A stretch of 64,000 bases of DNA from Gammaproteobacteria bacterium (GCA_030829955.1 JAURNY010000019.1:699-64698), one strand, 5' to 3'. Shown: positions 10,262 to 20,890, counted from the first letter of the stretch. Notes: generated by a model from the sequence alone, not told the origin. Made by a program: numbers and translations.

Positions 10262-12013
10262 TTAAACATATTTTGAAAACTGAACCTGATGTAAATGCGC
10301 ATAGTATTCATTTTTATTTAATAACACTTGATGTTTACCTTGCTCAACAATCCTGCCTTTGTCCATGACGATAATACGATCGGCATTCTCTATCGTCGAC
10401 AAACGATGCGCGATGATTAAACTCGTGCGACCTTTCTTCACATTCTCCAGCGCCTGTTGAATATGACTTTCGGTTTTTGTATCTAGTGCAGACGTTGCTT
10501 CATCCATTATTAATAGACGCGCATCTTTTAACAATGCTCTTGCAATTGCCAAACGTTGACGCTGGCCGCCTGATAAACGCATACCATCTTCGCCGAGCAT
10601 GGTATTCATTTTTTTTGGTAAAGCATTGATAAATTCTGTAGCGAATGCTGCTTCAGCTGCTTTCATCACAGCATCATCACTTGAATCATTAAGCTCGCCA
10701 TAGGCAATATTGTTTCTAACCGTATCATTAAATAGCACGACTTCTTGACTAACCAGTGCAATATTTCTACGTAAAGATTCCATTGATAATTCACGAATAT
10801 CATTACCGTCATAAAAAATATTACCATCCTGCAATTCATAAAAACGCGGGATCAAATTAGCTATTGTCGTTTTACCGCTGCCGGATTCACCAACCAATGC
10901 AACTGTTTCACTTGTTTCAATAATAAAACTAATATCGCTTAATGCTTTTTCTTCAGTATGCGGATACTGAAAACTGACATTACGAAATTCGATTTTTCCT
11001 TGTGGATTACTTAATTTATTTGTGCCGAAATCTTTTTCAGTTTCTGTATCTATGAGATTAAATATGGTGTCACAGGCTGCGAGCCCTTTCTGTAAATGTT
11101 CATTAATGCCTGCTAGACGTTTTAATGGATCAAGCAACATTGCCATCGCAGTAAAAAATGAAGTGAAATCGCCAACAGAAAAATTATTTTCTGTTGCTTG
11201 ATGTGTTGCCATATAAACAATAATGGCTAGAAAAATAGAAGTGATCAGTTGTATGGAAGGACTGCTCGCCTGTGCAGCAAATATTTGCTTATTATTAAAT
11301 TGTCTATGTTCATTGGCCATTTTTTCAAAGCGTTGCTTTTCACTTTCCTTGCCGCCAAATAGTTTAATAATCTTTTGTGCTTCAAGTGCCTCTTTTAATA
11401 CATTATGAATATTACCCATTGCTTCCTGTACACGATGACTCATTTTTCGCAAACGTTTACGGATAATGGATACCACTATAGCAATCAAAGGTGCGCCAAA
11501 TAAACAGATTGTTGCCAACAACCAGTCGATATAAAACATCCAGCCTAATAAGCCCAGTATCGTGAGTGAGTCTCTTATAAGAGTAGAAACTGCATTGGTC
11601 GCAGCTTCTTTTATCTGTAATGCATCGAAAGTAAATCGGGAGATGATATTGCCGGTCCGTTGCTCATTGAAATATGACGTTGGACAATCAACTAACTTAT
11701 TAAACATGTCCTTGCGAATTTCCATAACGACCTTCGTGCCTACCCATTGCAAGGAGGCATTACCAATGTAGGATGCTAAACCACGTATAAAAAACAAACC
11801 GACCAGCATAATAGGCATCCAGGTCATAATAAGTGGATCTTTATCTACAAAACCACCATCCATTAATGGTTTCATCAAAGCCGGTAACGCCGGAGCGGTA
11901 GCAGCCATCACCACCATGGCAAACACAGCCAATAAAGCAATATGCTTTTGTGGCCAAATATAAGTTAACAGTCGCCGATATTGGGCAAAATCTGCGGATA
12001 GATTAGACCGCAA
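10262..12013 (-). CDS. msbA: Lipid A export ABC transporter MsbA (fused permease and ATPase)
   Basis: 583 aa. Six N-terminal TM helices plus an ABC domain (GESGSGKTT, LSGGQRQRLAIARAL, LIMDEATSALD). Confidence 0.85.
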   Translation of the reverse strand: MRSNLSADFAQYRRLLTYIWPQKHIALLAVFAMVVMAATAPALPALMKPLMDGGFVDKDPLIMTWMPIMLVGLFFIRGLASYIGNASLQWVGTKVVMEIRKDMFNKLVDCPTSYFNEQRTGNIISRFTFDALQIKEAATNAVSTLIRDSLTILGLLGWMFYIDWLLATICLFGAPLIAIVVSIIRKRLRKMSHRVQEAMGNIHNVLKEALEAQKIIKLFGGKESEKQRFEKMANEHRQFNNKQIFAAQASSPSIQLITSIFLAIIVYMATHQATENNFSVGDFTSFFTAMAMLLDPLKRLAGINEHLQKGLAACDTIFNLIDTETEKDFGTNKLSNPQGKIEFRNVSFQYPHTEEKALSDISFIIETSETVALVGESGSGKTTIANLIPRFYELQDGNIFYDGNDIRELSMESLRRNIALVSQEVVLFNDTVRNNIAYGELNDSSDDAVMKAAEAAFATEFINALPKKMNTMLGEDGMRLSGGQRQRLAIARALLKDARLLIMDEATSALDTKTESHIQQALENVKKGRTSLIIAHRLSTIENADRIIVMDKGRIVEQGKHQVLLNKNEYYAHLHQVQFSKYV

Positions 12014-12116
12014 ACTATTCTCCTTGTCTGTGTTATTAGATTAATAAGGCGACATTATAGAACTTGTTTACCTTTATTTGACAGCGCGATACAGAAAACC
12101 TTCGATTTAAATTTAC

Positions 12117-13064
12117 TCAGTGAGACTCATTAACACTACAGGAACCGCCTCCCAAAACACAAAAACTTGCACAATAGTGATGATTCAAATAAACACGTTT
12201 GGCACTTTCTTTTAACGTACTTGCAAATTCAAATTCCTTTTCATATGGCAGTAAAGTGCATGCAACTACGCTGGGTGTTGCCGCACCTTTCCTTTTCACA
12301 ATCATACGTGAGCTACTACACATAATATTTTCCGGTTTATTACTTATAATTTCCCAACATGCAGTGGTAATCTCCGGCACATCTGTGTTTTCCTCCATTT
12401 CAGGAAAAAGCACTAATTGCTTAGCACTCATAGCATCCAGATTAATGCGATGTTTCCTGAATAATTCAGCATAACCCTGACGCAGTTCAGTTTCATTTTG
12501 CTGTGAAAAAGTACGACCTGCGATGTCAATTGAGAAATGATTGTCCGACAACCATTTCAAACCGTTAATCATAGGAAACCAGCTGTCTTTACCACGCTGA
12601 CGCTCATGAATGTCAGGCTGAAAATGATCGATGGAAACTCTTAGAGTTAATTGAGAAGAATATTGTTTGTTTAACGCCAACAAACTTTGTTGAATTCTTT
12701 GACGTTGCAATGGTTGCATGGCATTGGTCAACACAATCAAATGAAAACCACGAGCAAGACATGTTTCAATAATAGGAATAATGTCTGGATTCATAAAAGG
12801 CTCGCCACCGGTCAAACCGATCTCTTTTGTTTCCAGCTTATCTGCTTCAATTTCATTCAGATAAGCGCATACTTCTTCATGTGTTATAAAGCTTAATTGA
12901 TCATTTTTCGGTGATGATTCTATATAGCAGTTTTTACATTCAATATTGCAAAGTGTGCCGGTATTAATCCACAGAGTTTGCAATTGATTAATGTCTATAT
13001 ATGCTCGCTCTTCACCTTTTGCAGTTATCAAAGAATTACTGAATTTTTTTACTGTTATACTCAT
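12117..13064 (-). CDS. Radical SAM protein with a C-terminal Cys-rich tail (ArsS-like radical SAM/Cys-rich domain family)
   Basis: 315 aa. CNIECKNC (Cx3Cx2C) radical-SAM cluster motif near the N-terminus and a C-terminal CASFCVLGGGSC motif. Family assignment is by recollection of the rSAM/Cys-rich family. Confidence 0.6.
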   Translation of the reverse strand: MSITVKKFSNSLITAKGEERAYIDINQLQTLWINTGTLCNIECKNCYIESSPKNDQLSFITHEEVCAYLNEIEADKLETKEIGLTGGEPFMNPDIIPIIETCLARGFHLIVLTNAMQPLQRQRIQQSLLALNKQYSSQLTLRVSIDHFQPDIHERQRGKDSWFPMINGLKWLSDNHFSIDIAGRTFSQQNETELRQGYAELFRKHRINLDAMSAKQLVLFPEMEENTDVPEITTACWEIISNKPENIMCSSSRMIVKRKGAATPSVVACTLLPYEKEFEFASTLKESAKRVYLNHHYCASFCVLGGGSCSVNESH

Positions 13065-13499
13065 GGATAAATTAGTCTTATAACATTAATTGTCCAGCGG
13101 CTAGAATAGCACCGCCTTGCCTCTGCCATCATAATGACAGCGCTTTTTACTTTCTGATCCAACACCGCTATTGATGAATTTGTCTTGTCATTCCTGTGTC
13201 GCTCTATCTCTATCATCAATATGGGATTCGAATAACGAATTGTTCTCCCTTCATTCTCACCCATCTGCACATGTTGCCTATATTTATCACACAGACAATA
13301 ATCTTTATCTGATTATGGGCTGGCAAGTTATTTATATTAGCAGGCATGATATTGACAAAACTATCTTCTTTATTAAGCATTAATGCCTGAACCCATTTAG
13401 CTTCACGGATAGCTAATTAACAATCTTTCTGCGATTTGAACCAACCAGACTATTCCATTGATAACCAATTCTGACGTAAAGATATTGCCTATATAGTTG

Positions 13500-14951
13500 C
13501 TAGAACCAGCTACCGATAATCTTCATAATCCGCACGATTCTTCGTGTTCTGTCGCTAAACAGACTGGGCGTATACCAGACACCAGCAGCACGTTTACTAA
13601 CTTCACCTAGCGTTGGATAAGGTGCAATCATGGATGTCACCGCGCCTATTTTTTGCTTTGTTGTGATAGCAAAACCCCACAAACCAATCAATTCGCCAGC
13701 ATGTGGCCCAACAATAGAGGCGCCTAATATTTTGCCTTTATTATTAGTTACTACGCGAATTTGACCTTTAGTTTGTCGCTCGGCAATTGCACGATCATTT
13801 TCATCAAAATGCCATTCAACTACTTTAATTTTTTCAGATCCATACTGTTTAATAGCAGCTTCCTCCGTTAAACCCACCTGAGCCAATTCCGGTTCACAAT
13901 AAGTCACCCAGGGTAGCGCTTGATAATCCACTCTCGTCCAGAACATACCGAAACAAATTTGCCGAATAATAATGCCTGCATGATATCCAGCAACATGGGT
14001 AAATTGTGGACCGCCGGCAACATCTCCTATGGCAAATACTTTTCTATTTGTTGTTTTTAAATGTTGATTGACCTTGATACCAGATCGACTTGTTTCAATG
14101 TTTGCTTGCTCGAGACCAAGATGATCAACATTGGCCTGACGGCCCGCAGCCACCAATAAATGTGTCCCTGATATTGATAACTGTTCACCCTGTTTATTTT
14201 CGATAATCAATGTCGGTTTATTATCTAACCCTTTGATAACTTCTTTAATTGAAACGGATTCATATAACATTATTCCGTCCTGCTTTAACGCTTCTCTAAC
14301 GATAGCAACATTCTTCTGATCATCACGGGGCAAAATAGTGGCTGTATCAAACACACTGACCTGACAACCTAGCTGCATATGTGCCTGCGCCATTTCAATG
14401 CCTATCGGCCCAACACCTAATATCAATAAGTGTTCCGGCTTTTCTCTTAATTCAAAGATGTTTTCATTGGTATAGAAATCTGTTTCGTTCAGCCCTACAA
14501 TTGGTGGTATAACAGCACGAGAACCCGTCGCAATAATAAAACGTTTTGCTTTGATAACATGCTCTTCTGTTTCAACCGTATTTTTGGAAATAAACTTGCC
14601 GGCTTGCAAAACGACATTGACACCTAGGCTTCGAAAACGCTCTGGCGAATCATGCGGCGCTATTATATTTATGGTATCAGCAACATGATCTTTTACTGCG
14701 CTATAGTCAATCTCAGGCTCGTTAGCGAAAACCCCTTTAATATCAGTTTTTCGATGTAATGCCGCACGTTTACTTGCCGCCAACAAGGCCTTGGAGGGTA
14801 CACAACCAGTATTGAGACAATCACCACCCATCTTGTCCTTTTCCAGCAAGATAACATCCAGCCCTAATTGAGCAGCTCCTGCCGCAACAGATAGTCCACC
14901 TGAGCCAGCACCGATAATACAAAGATCAGGTTTTAATGTGGTTTTGTTCAT
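13500..14951 (-). CDS. FAD-dependent pyridine nucleotide-disulfide oxidoreductase (dihydrolipoyl dehydrogenase/mercuric reductase/glutathione reductase family)
   Basis: 483 aa. FAD GxGxxG (IIGAGSGG), redox-active disulfide GGDCLNTGCVPSK, NAD-binding and C-terminal dimerisation regions. Confidence 0.8.
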   Translation of the reverse strand: MNKTTLKPDLCIIGAGSGGLSVAAGAAQLGLDVILLEKDKMGGDCLNTGCVPSKALLAASKRAALHRKTDIKGVFANEPEIDYSAVKDHVADTINIIAPHDSPERFRSLGVNVVLQAGKFISKNTVETEEHVIKAKRFIIATGSRAVIPPIVGLNETDFYTNENIFELREKPEHLLILGVGPIGIEMAQAHMQLGCQVSVFDTATILPRDDQKNVAIVREALKQDGIMLYESVSIKEVIKGLDNKPTLIIENKQGEQLSISGTHLLVAAGRQANVDHLGLEQANIETSRSGIKVNQHLKTTNRKVFAIGDVAGGPQFTHVAGYHAGIIIRQICFGMFWTRVDYQALPWVTYCEPELAQVGLTEEAAIKQYGSEKIKVVEWHFDENDRAIAERQTKGQIRVVTNNKGKILGASIVGPHAGELIGLWGFAITTKQKIGAVTSMIAPYPTLGEVSKRAAGVWYTPSLFSDRTRRIVRIMKIIGSWF

Positions 14952-15048
14952 AAAAATTGCTTTATCTACAATTTATTTAGTGGCCAGTCATAATTAAAAA
15001 AACGTTTATCAAAAGGTATTGTATTGGTAATCAATAGTTAATTATCTA

Positions 15049-15717
15049 CTATGGTTTTTTATTATAAATTGTCGGGATTAAGGCAAACAGCCCTAATAAG
15101 GTAAAAGCTAACAAGACTTCCGCATTAGCTAAATCACTTAGTGAATTTATTGAACCAAATTGTTGCCCAAAATAAACATAAACCGCGCTACCAGGCAAAA
15201 TTCCAATAAATGTCGTTAATACAAAGACCTTTATGGAGATGTTAAATAATGCCGGCAATATATTAACCAGCACAAAAGGAAATATCGGAACGAGGCGCAT
15301 AAATAACAAATAACTGACCATATTTTTTTTCATGTTTTTTTCTACTTTTTGATATAAGCCACCGGCTTTTTCACGCAATGTCATTCCCAGAGATGTTCTG
15401 GCAATAATAAAAATAATCGTGGCGCCAGCCGTAGCACCAGTGACAACCAGCAAGGTACCTTTCAGCAAACCAAACAAAAACCCGCCCAACAGGGTTAAGA
15501 TTGTGGCAATAGGTAATGATAGCGCCACACACAGTGTATAAATCAATGTAAAACTGACTGCAGACCAAACAGGATAATCTTTAATGTATGTTTGCAGGTC
15601 TTCTTTTTGTGCCTGTATGCTTTCAAGGCTAAAGTAGTCTTGCCGATCAAATGCAAATGCAAATGCAATACATAGTAGCAAAATGACTAGCGGCATAAAA
15701 CGCAGGATGATTTTCAC
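15049..15717 (-). CDS. TVP38/TMEM64 (DedA-related) family integral membrane protein
   Basis: 222 aa, multi-TM, with the DedA/SNARE-associated-like core. This family is commonly paired with MerA/Lpd-like oxidoreductases. Confidence 0.65.
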   Translation of the reverse strand: MKIILRFMPLVILLLCIAFAFAFDRQDYFSLESIQAQKEDLQTYIKDYPVWSAVSFTLIYTLCVALSLPIATILTLLGGFLFGLLKGTLLVVTGATAGATIIFIIARTSLGMTLREKAGGLYQKVEKNMKKNMVSYLLFMRLVPIFPFVLVNILPALFNISIKVFVLTTFIGILPGSAVYVYFGQQFGSINSLSDLANAEVLLAFTLLGLFALIPTIYNKKP

Positions 15718-15985
15718 TTTTATATATTATCCAAAGAATTATTAACAGTTATTGCATTATTAATTAGCTTAAAACAATCGGTTCGTTACATTATTTTTTT
15801 TTATTAGCAAATTAATCAAGCGTTACTAAAGGCAACACTTAACAACAAAACCCGCAACTCACTGTTTTTATTTACTATTAATCTAATTAACTACATTTCA
15901 TTTATTGTCAGTAAACTGTGTCGTTTTAATTTATAATGAATTCCAAGATACAGATTCAAAGTTTATTTCAGGGTAGATTATAACT

Positions 15986-16858
15986 ATGTCAGCTACACAT
16001 CCTATTATTGCTGTAACGGGTTCATCCGGTGCGGGCACAAGTGCTGTTAAAGATGCCTTTCAATACATCTTTAACAAACACAATATAAATGCTGCAGTTA
16101 TTGAGGGTGATTGTTTCCATAAATATAATCGCATTGAAATGGAATACCTAGCAAGTGAGGCAAATGAACAAGGTTATCATTTGACTCACTTTGGCCCTGA
16201 AGGAAATTTATTTGAAGAGCTAGAAGATGTCTTTAAAAGCTACAGTGAATCTGGCACAGGCAAACGCCGTTTTTATATTCATGATGAAAAAGAAGCATCT
16301 CAACATGGTTCACCTCCCGGCACATTGACTGAATGGGAAGCATTACCTGATGAAACAGATTTACTGTTTTACGAAGGGCTGCATGGTGGAATCGTCACGG
16401 ATACAGTTAATGTTGCACAGTATGTTGATTTATTGATTGGTGTTACACCAATCATCAATCTGGAATGGATACAGAAGATTCATCGTGACCGGGAGATTAG
16501 AGGTTATACCGCTGAAGATGCAACCCAACTGATACTTGATCGCATGTACGATTATGTACATTACATAACGCCACAGTTTTCAAATGCCGATATTAATTTT
16601 CAGCGCGTTCCTACGGTAGATACTTCCAATCCGTTTGCAGCAACAAATATCCCTAGCAATGATGAAAGTTTTATGGTGATCCATATCCGTAATACGGAAA
16701 AAATAGAATGCGATTTCCGTCATATATTGGAAATGCTGGATGGTTCCATGATGTCCAGCCCGGAAACAATTATTGTCCCGGCAGGGAAAATGGTTTTTGC
16801 CATGCAGTTAATATTAACGCCTGTAATTCGTGGTTTAATGTCTTCAAAGGGCAGTTAG
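15986..16858 (+). CDS. prkB: Phosphoribulokinase
   Basis: 290 aa. P-loop TGSSGAGTS at the N-terminus and PRK/uridine-kinase family motifs, with length and features as in E. coli PrkB. No RuBisCO in the window. Confidence 0.85.
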   Translation: MSATHPIIAVTGSSGAGTSAVKDAFQYIFNKHNINAAVIEGDCFHKYNRIEMEYLASEANEQGYHLTHFGPEGNLFEELEDVFKSYSESGTGKRRFYIHDEKEASQHGSPPGTLTEWEALPDETDLLFYEGLHGGIVTDTVNVAQYVDLLIGVTPIINLEWIQKIHRDREIRGYTAEDATQLILDRMYDYVHYITPQFSNADINFQRVPTVDTSNPFAATNIPSNDESFMVIHIRNTEKIECDFRHILEMLDGSMMSSPETIIVPAGKMVFAMQLILTPVIRGLMSSKGS

Positions 16859-16920
16859 CATGAAATATTCGCGCTTTTTATTTAGTATGCGGCTAAATTA
16901 ATAATAAATACTTACTAAGC

Positions 16921-17580
16921 ATGCGTAGCATTGTAGTTTTAAATCCAAAAGGCGGTTGTGGAAAAAGCACGATAGCCAGTAATATTGCCGCTTTTTTCGC
17001 CCTGCAAGGCAAAATAGTTACATTGGCTGATTGTGATCCGCAAGGTTCCAGTCAGGACTGGTTGGAGATACGCCCTGCTTCTCGTGATAAAATAGTTAGT
17101 GCGCCTCTAACAAAAAATAGTTTGCAAATACCCAAAAATACCGAAGTATTGATATTTGACACGCCGGCAGCTATAGATGATGAACGCCTGAATAAATTTC
17201 TAAGCCAGGCACAAACCATGGTTATGCCTATCATCGCATCACCGGTTGATATTCGAGCAGCAGAACGGTTTATCAAAGACTTGTTCAGCTTAAAAGGCAA
17301 AATCAATAATAAAATTAAAATTGCAACAGTAGCCAATCGTGTACGTGAAGACACCTTAATAGCTGCTAAGCTTGAAAATTACTTACAAAACCTAACTTTA
17401 CCCAATGGTAAGAAGTTGCCATTCATGACCATGCTAAGACAAAGCCAAAATTATATACGTGCTGCCGAGCAGGGTTTAAGTATATTTGAAATGGCACCAC
17501 ACAAGACTTATTATGACAGAGAACAATGGGAACCATTATTAAAATGGTTAATCAGCAGTAAAAGTCTACCTTCTAAATAA
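16921..17580 (+). CDS. Small ParA/MinD-family P-loop ATPase (orphan, partition- or positioning-type)
   Basis: 219 aa. Deviant Walker A KGGCGKST with the signature Lys, and a CDPQGS motif. No parB or ParB-like gene nearby. Confidence 0.7.
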   Translation: MRSIVVLNPKGGCGKSTIASNIAAFFALQGKIVTLADCDPQGSSQDWLEIRPASRDKIVSAPLTKNSLQIPKNTEVLIFDTPAAIDDERLNKFLSQAQTMVMPIIASPVDIRAAERFIKDLFSLKGKINNKIKIATVANRVREDTLIAAKLENYLQNLTLPNGKKLPFMTMLRQSQNYIRAAEQGLSIFEMAPHKTYYDREQWEPLLKWLISSKSLPSK

Positions 17581-17600
17581 ATCAAATTAATTTTTAAACC

Positions 17601-18614
17601 ATGACGACTTACAAGGCAAACCTTGCCAATCAGCCACTTTGCTTTGATATTAAACAGGATGAGGTAATTCTGGATGCAGCATTAAGACAAAGTATCAGCT
17701 TGCCTTATGGCTGTCGAAACGGTACCTGTGGCGCCTGCAAATCAAAAATTACATCTGGTGAGATTACTTATAAAAATGGTCTGACACCTGCCGTTAATGA
17801 AGAGGAACACAATCAGGGTTATGCTTTGCTCTGTCAGGCACGTGCAGAGTCGGATCTAGTAATTGAGGCACGAATGGTTGATAGCACAGCTGAAACCACA
17901 CTTAGAAAACTTCCCTGTCGCGTAACATCTTGTGAAAAATTATCTAACGATGTGATTCGTCTACTACTCGATTTACCTAAAACTGAACGACTACAATTCT
18001 TTGCCGGACAATACATAGATATATTAATGCGCGGGGACAAGCGTCGATCTTTTTCCATGGCAAACCCACCACATCAGGATCAACAGATTGAATTACATAT
18101 TCGATATTATAATGGCGGTTTATTTTCAGAATATGCCTTTCATAATCTGCAGGAAAAAACATTACTACGAATAGAAGGTCCGTTGGGTTCGTTTACATTA
18201 CAAGAATCAGATCGGCCCATTATCATGATTGTAGGCGGTACTGGCTTTGCACCGATCAAAAGTATAATTGAACATGCTATTCACCATGAAGATAAACGCG
18301 AGATAAATCTTTACTGGGGAGTTCGCAAAGAAGCTGATTTATATATGAATGAGCTTGCTCAATCCTGGGCTAATCAATATTCAAATATTAATTATATTCC
18401 CGTTCTGTCCGAAGCAGGCAAAGAATGTAACTGGTCAGGTAAAACCGGGTTTGTGCATGAGGCAGTACTCGAGGATTATGAGGATATATCTGCCTTTGAT
18501 GTCTATACCTGCGGACCACCGCCGATGATCAATGCAGTGGTTGAGTCTTTACCCAGCATTGGCTTGAATAAAAATAGAATCTTTTCAGATTCATTTGAAT
18601 TTGCAACTAACTAG
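17601..18614 (+). CDS. 2Fe-2S ferredoxin–FNR-type reductase (CDP-6-deoxy-delta-3,4-glucoseen reductase-like / NAD(P)H-flavin reductase family)
   Basis: 337 aa. N-terminal plant-type ferredoxin domain CRNGTCGACKS…C followed by an FAD-binding RxFS motif (RRSFSMAN) and an NAD-binding GGTGFAP motif. Confidence 0.8.
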   Translation: MTTYKANLANQPLCFDIKQDEVILDAALRQSISLPYGCRNGTCGACKSKITSGEITYKNGLTPAVNEEEHNQGYALLCQARAESDLVIEARMVDSTAETTLRKLPCRVTSCEKLSNDVIRLLLDLPKTERLQFFAGQYIDILMRGDKRRSFSMANPPHQDQQIELHIRYYNGGLFSEYAFHNLQEKTLLRIEGPLGSFTLQESDRPIIMIVGGTGFAPIKSIIEHAIHHEDKREINLYWGVRKEADLYMNELAQSWANQYSNINYIPVLSEAGKECNWSGKTGFVHEAVLEDYEDISAFDVYTCGPPPMINAVVESLPSIGLNKNRIFSDSFEFATN

Positions 18615-19801
18615 TGCGCGGCTTGCGTTGCCAGCGCTAGCCCCTTTTTATAACACTCGGCAGCTAATACTTTATTGCCTTCATGCTCCTGAAGTTTTGC
18701 AAATTCATAATACGCTTCCGGGTTAGGTTGCACATCAATACTTTCCTGTAAATAGTCATGAGCCTTACCCCATAACTTATTACGCATACAAATACGACCA
18801 AGACTTAGTAACAACATTACATCTCGTGCATGGTTGTTTAGATAGTTTTCTGCTATTTGTAACTGCCTGTTCGGGTCTTTACCTGCAACCAGGCCATAAA
18901 GCCTGATTAATATTGCATCCCACTGTTTTTTCAGGGCTTGACGTAATAACTCTTCACAATCAGCTGTATCATCAAACTGTAAACGTTCTGTGATATAAAC
19001 TTCAATTAAGTAAAAGTGCTGTTTGAGTTTTTTGGGTATTGATTGCCAAACCTCATTAATCTTATCTCTTTGCTTGAGTTGACCAGCCTTTTTTAGCAAG
19101 CCGGCATAGGCTTCAAGTTGCCTAGCTTCGATTTGTTCTCTACTGAGCAAGCTAGTTTTTTGTATGGTGGGAATAAGGGCAAGAATAGATTGCCAGTCTT
19201 CCAGATCATGATAAGTATTTAACAATAACTGTTTAATCTGAATCTGATTAGGCTGTCTATTTTGTAAATGTTTTAGCGTCGCCAATGCCTGTTCTGTTTG
19301 TTTCTGAACAAGCTGCAACTCGGCCTGGGTAATACCAACTATTAGACTTGCATCGGGGTTATTATGATAGGCAAGCTTTAAATACTCATCGCGCTTGTCT
19401 ATTGCTCCCTGCTCTTGTGCGGCGCGGGCTGCACATAAATAATTAACGTACGGTTCACGACTATATGGAGCAGCACGCTTAAAATACTTTTCCGCAGTAC
19501 GCCATTTCCCTTCTGTCATATGAATCAGACCTTGGGTCAGGTATTTTTCTGCACGACGCTGATGTCGATGTGCTCGCCATTTTTTCAAATCTGCCGGCGC
19601 CTCTACTATTCGAGTAAATGCACGCGCGATAAAATATAATGATAAAAAACCTAAAAACAAAACAATGACGAATAATGTTGCACTAGTTTGTATAGTCCAG
19701 CCTGAGATTGTAATTACAACATAACCAGTGTCATTACCTGCAATTGAACCAACAATAACAGCTATCAAAAGTGCTAATAGACTGTAAGCAAGTATCTTCA
19801 T
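18611..19801 (-). CDS. hemY: HemY-like TPR membrane protein (haem biosynthesis-associated)
   Basis: 396 aa. N-terminal TM helices plus TPR repeats, and the last gene of a hemC-hemD-hemX-hemY arrangement. Confidence 0.8.
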   Translation of the reverse strand: MKILAYSLLALLIAVIVGSIAGNDTGYVVITISGWTIQTSATLFVIVLFLGFLSLYFIARAFTRIVEAPADLKKWRAHRHQRRAEKYLTQGLIHMTEGKWRTAEKYFKRAAPYSREPYVNYLCAARAAQEQGAIDKRDEYLKLAYHNNPDASLIVGITQAELQLVQKQTEQALATLKHLQNRQPNQIQIKQLLLNTYHDLEDWQSILALIPTIQKTSLLSREQIEARQLEAYAGLLKKAGQLKQRDKINEVWQSIPKKLKQHFYLIEVYITERLQFDDTADCEELLRQALKKQWDAILIRLYGLVAGKDPNRQLQIAENYLNNHARDVMLLLSLGRICMRNKLWGKAHDYLQESIDVQPNPEAYYEFAKLQEHEGNKVLAAECYKKGLALATQAAH

Positions 19802-19807
19802 GGCCTT

Positions 19808-20890
19808 TTATTCTGCTACATCCTGATTTGACAAGGCACGAACTGATTCAATAGATGAACTTATATCAACTTGCGGAAAGGAAAGATCGAGTTGCTTCAT
19901 ACTATGAAATGCCTGCAATATATTTTTTACAGCCGCATCTGATTTATCAAAATAACTATCTAGCCATGACTGCATTAATTCTACAGAGGCAATAAAATTG
20001 TTAGTGTCACGATTAAATACAGCAAAACGTGCATTAGCTAATTCAAGTTTGATATTAGCGCGAAAAAAATAAACCTGGTCGGGTAACAACATAGCCCGTT
20101 TAACATTATCATCATGTGAAATGATCACCAGACTCTTTAATTCATCCCAAACAAGTTCAATAAAGGTATTTAATTTGTTTTCTGTCTCGGCCACCTGGCG
20201 CTGCGGTTCTTCAAAGTCCGGCGCAGTTATAAAAAAATCTTTTTTAAGTGGTAATTCATCAACACGCTGAATCAAATCTGATAAAAATAAACCCAATCCA
20301 CTTAGATCGGCCTGATTGACTGACTCCAGATTGTTAATGTCAGCAATTAACTGTTCTCTAACTTTAATTACATTTGGTAAATCCAAGCCTAGCAATCGAT
20401 GATCAGCAGTACGAATGGCAACAACAGCTGTTTTAATATCCTGATTAAGTTGTAATCGGTAATTTGCGATGGTTAATAAATATTCTATTTCCGCCAAAGC
20501 GAACTCAGCATTGATTTCCTGAGATTGTCCTGTCTGTTTCGCTACGAGTGACTTTAGTGAATCATAACGACTATTGGCTTCATCCAGACGCGATTCAATA
20601 TCTGCAAAATTCTTCTGATGGGAGTCAATTTGTTTATTAAGCTTGTTAGTAACATTGTCAATCAAGTGTTGTGACACCAGATATTGTGAACTGACTTTGA
20701 TCTTTTGAATTTGCATCGCATTGTATGCACTGACAAGCGCCAAAATGATAACAATCAGTAAAAGAAAGGCTGTAAATCCCAAGCCTTTCTTTTTACTACT
20801 GTCTGTAGCTGTTTTTTCTAACGCTTGTTTGGCTTTTTCATCGTTAGGTTGCTTATCTTCTGTTTTGGTCACGTTCGACTCGTCTCCCAC
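19808..20890 (-). CDS. hemX: HemX-like membrane-anchored coiled-coil protein
   Basis: 360 aa. N-terminal charged region, a single TM and a coiled coil, positioned between hemD and hemY. Confidence 0.75.
   Translation of the reverse strand: MGDESNVTKTEDKQPNDEKAKQALEKTATDSSKKKGLGFTAFLLLIVIILALVSAYNAMQIQKIKVSSQYLVSQHLIDNVTNKLNKQIDSHQKNFADIESRLDEANSRYDSLKSLVAKQTGQSQEINAEFALAEIEYLLTIANYRLQLNQDIKTAVVAIRTADHRLLGLDLPNVIKVREQLIADINNLESVNQADLSGLGLFLSDLIQRVDELPLKKDFFITAPDFEEPQRQVAETENKLNTFIELVWDELKSLVIISHDDNVKRAMLLPDQVYFFRANIKLELANARFAVFNRDTNNFIASVELMQSWLDSYFDKSDAAVKNILQAFHSMKQLDLSFPQVDISSSIESVRALSNQDVAE

Noticed and set aside
13065-13499. 435-bp intergenic region with two roughly 70-aa ORFs; considered for a tRNA, sRNA or riboswitch
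   Set aside because: No cloverleaf-compatible stems, no conserved riboswitch cores recognisable by eye, and the ORFs lack an RBS or domain. It is most likely a promoter/leader region for the radical-SAM gene.
18611-18660. Apparent GC-rich hairpin (GCGCGGCTTGCGTTGCCAGCGC) at the hemY 3' end
   Set aside because: It lies inside the hemY coding sequence, and the FNR-like gene's stop overlaps hemY's stop. It is not an independent terminator feature.
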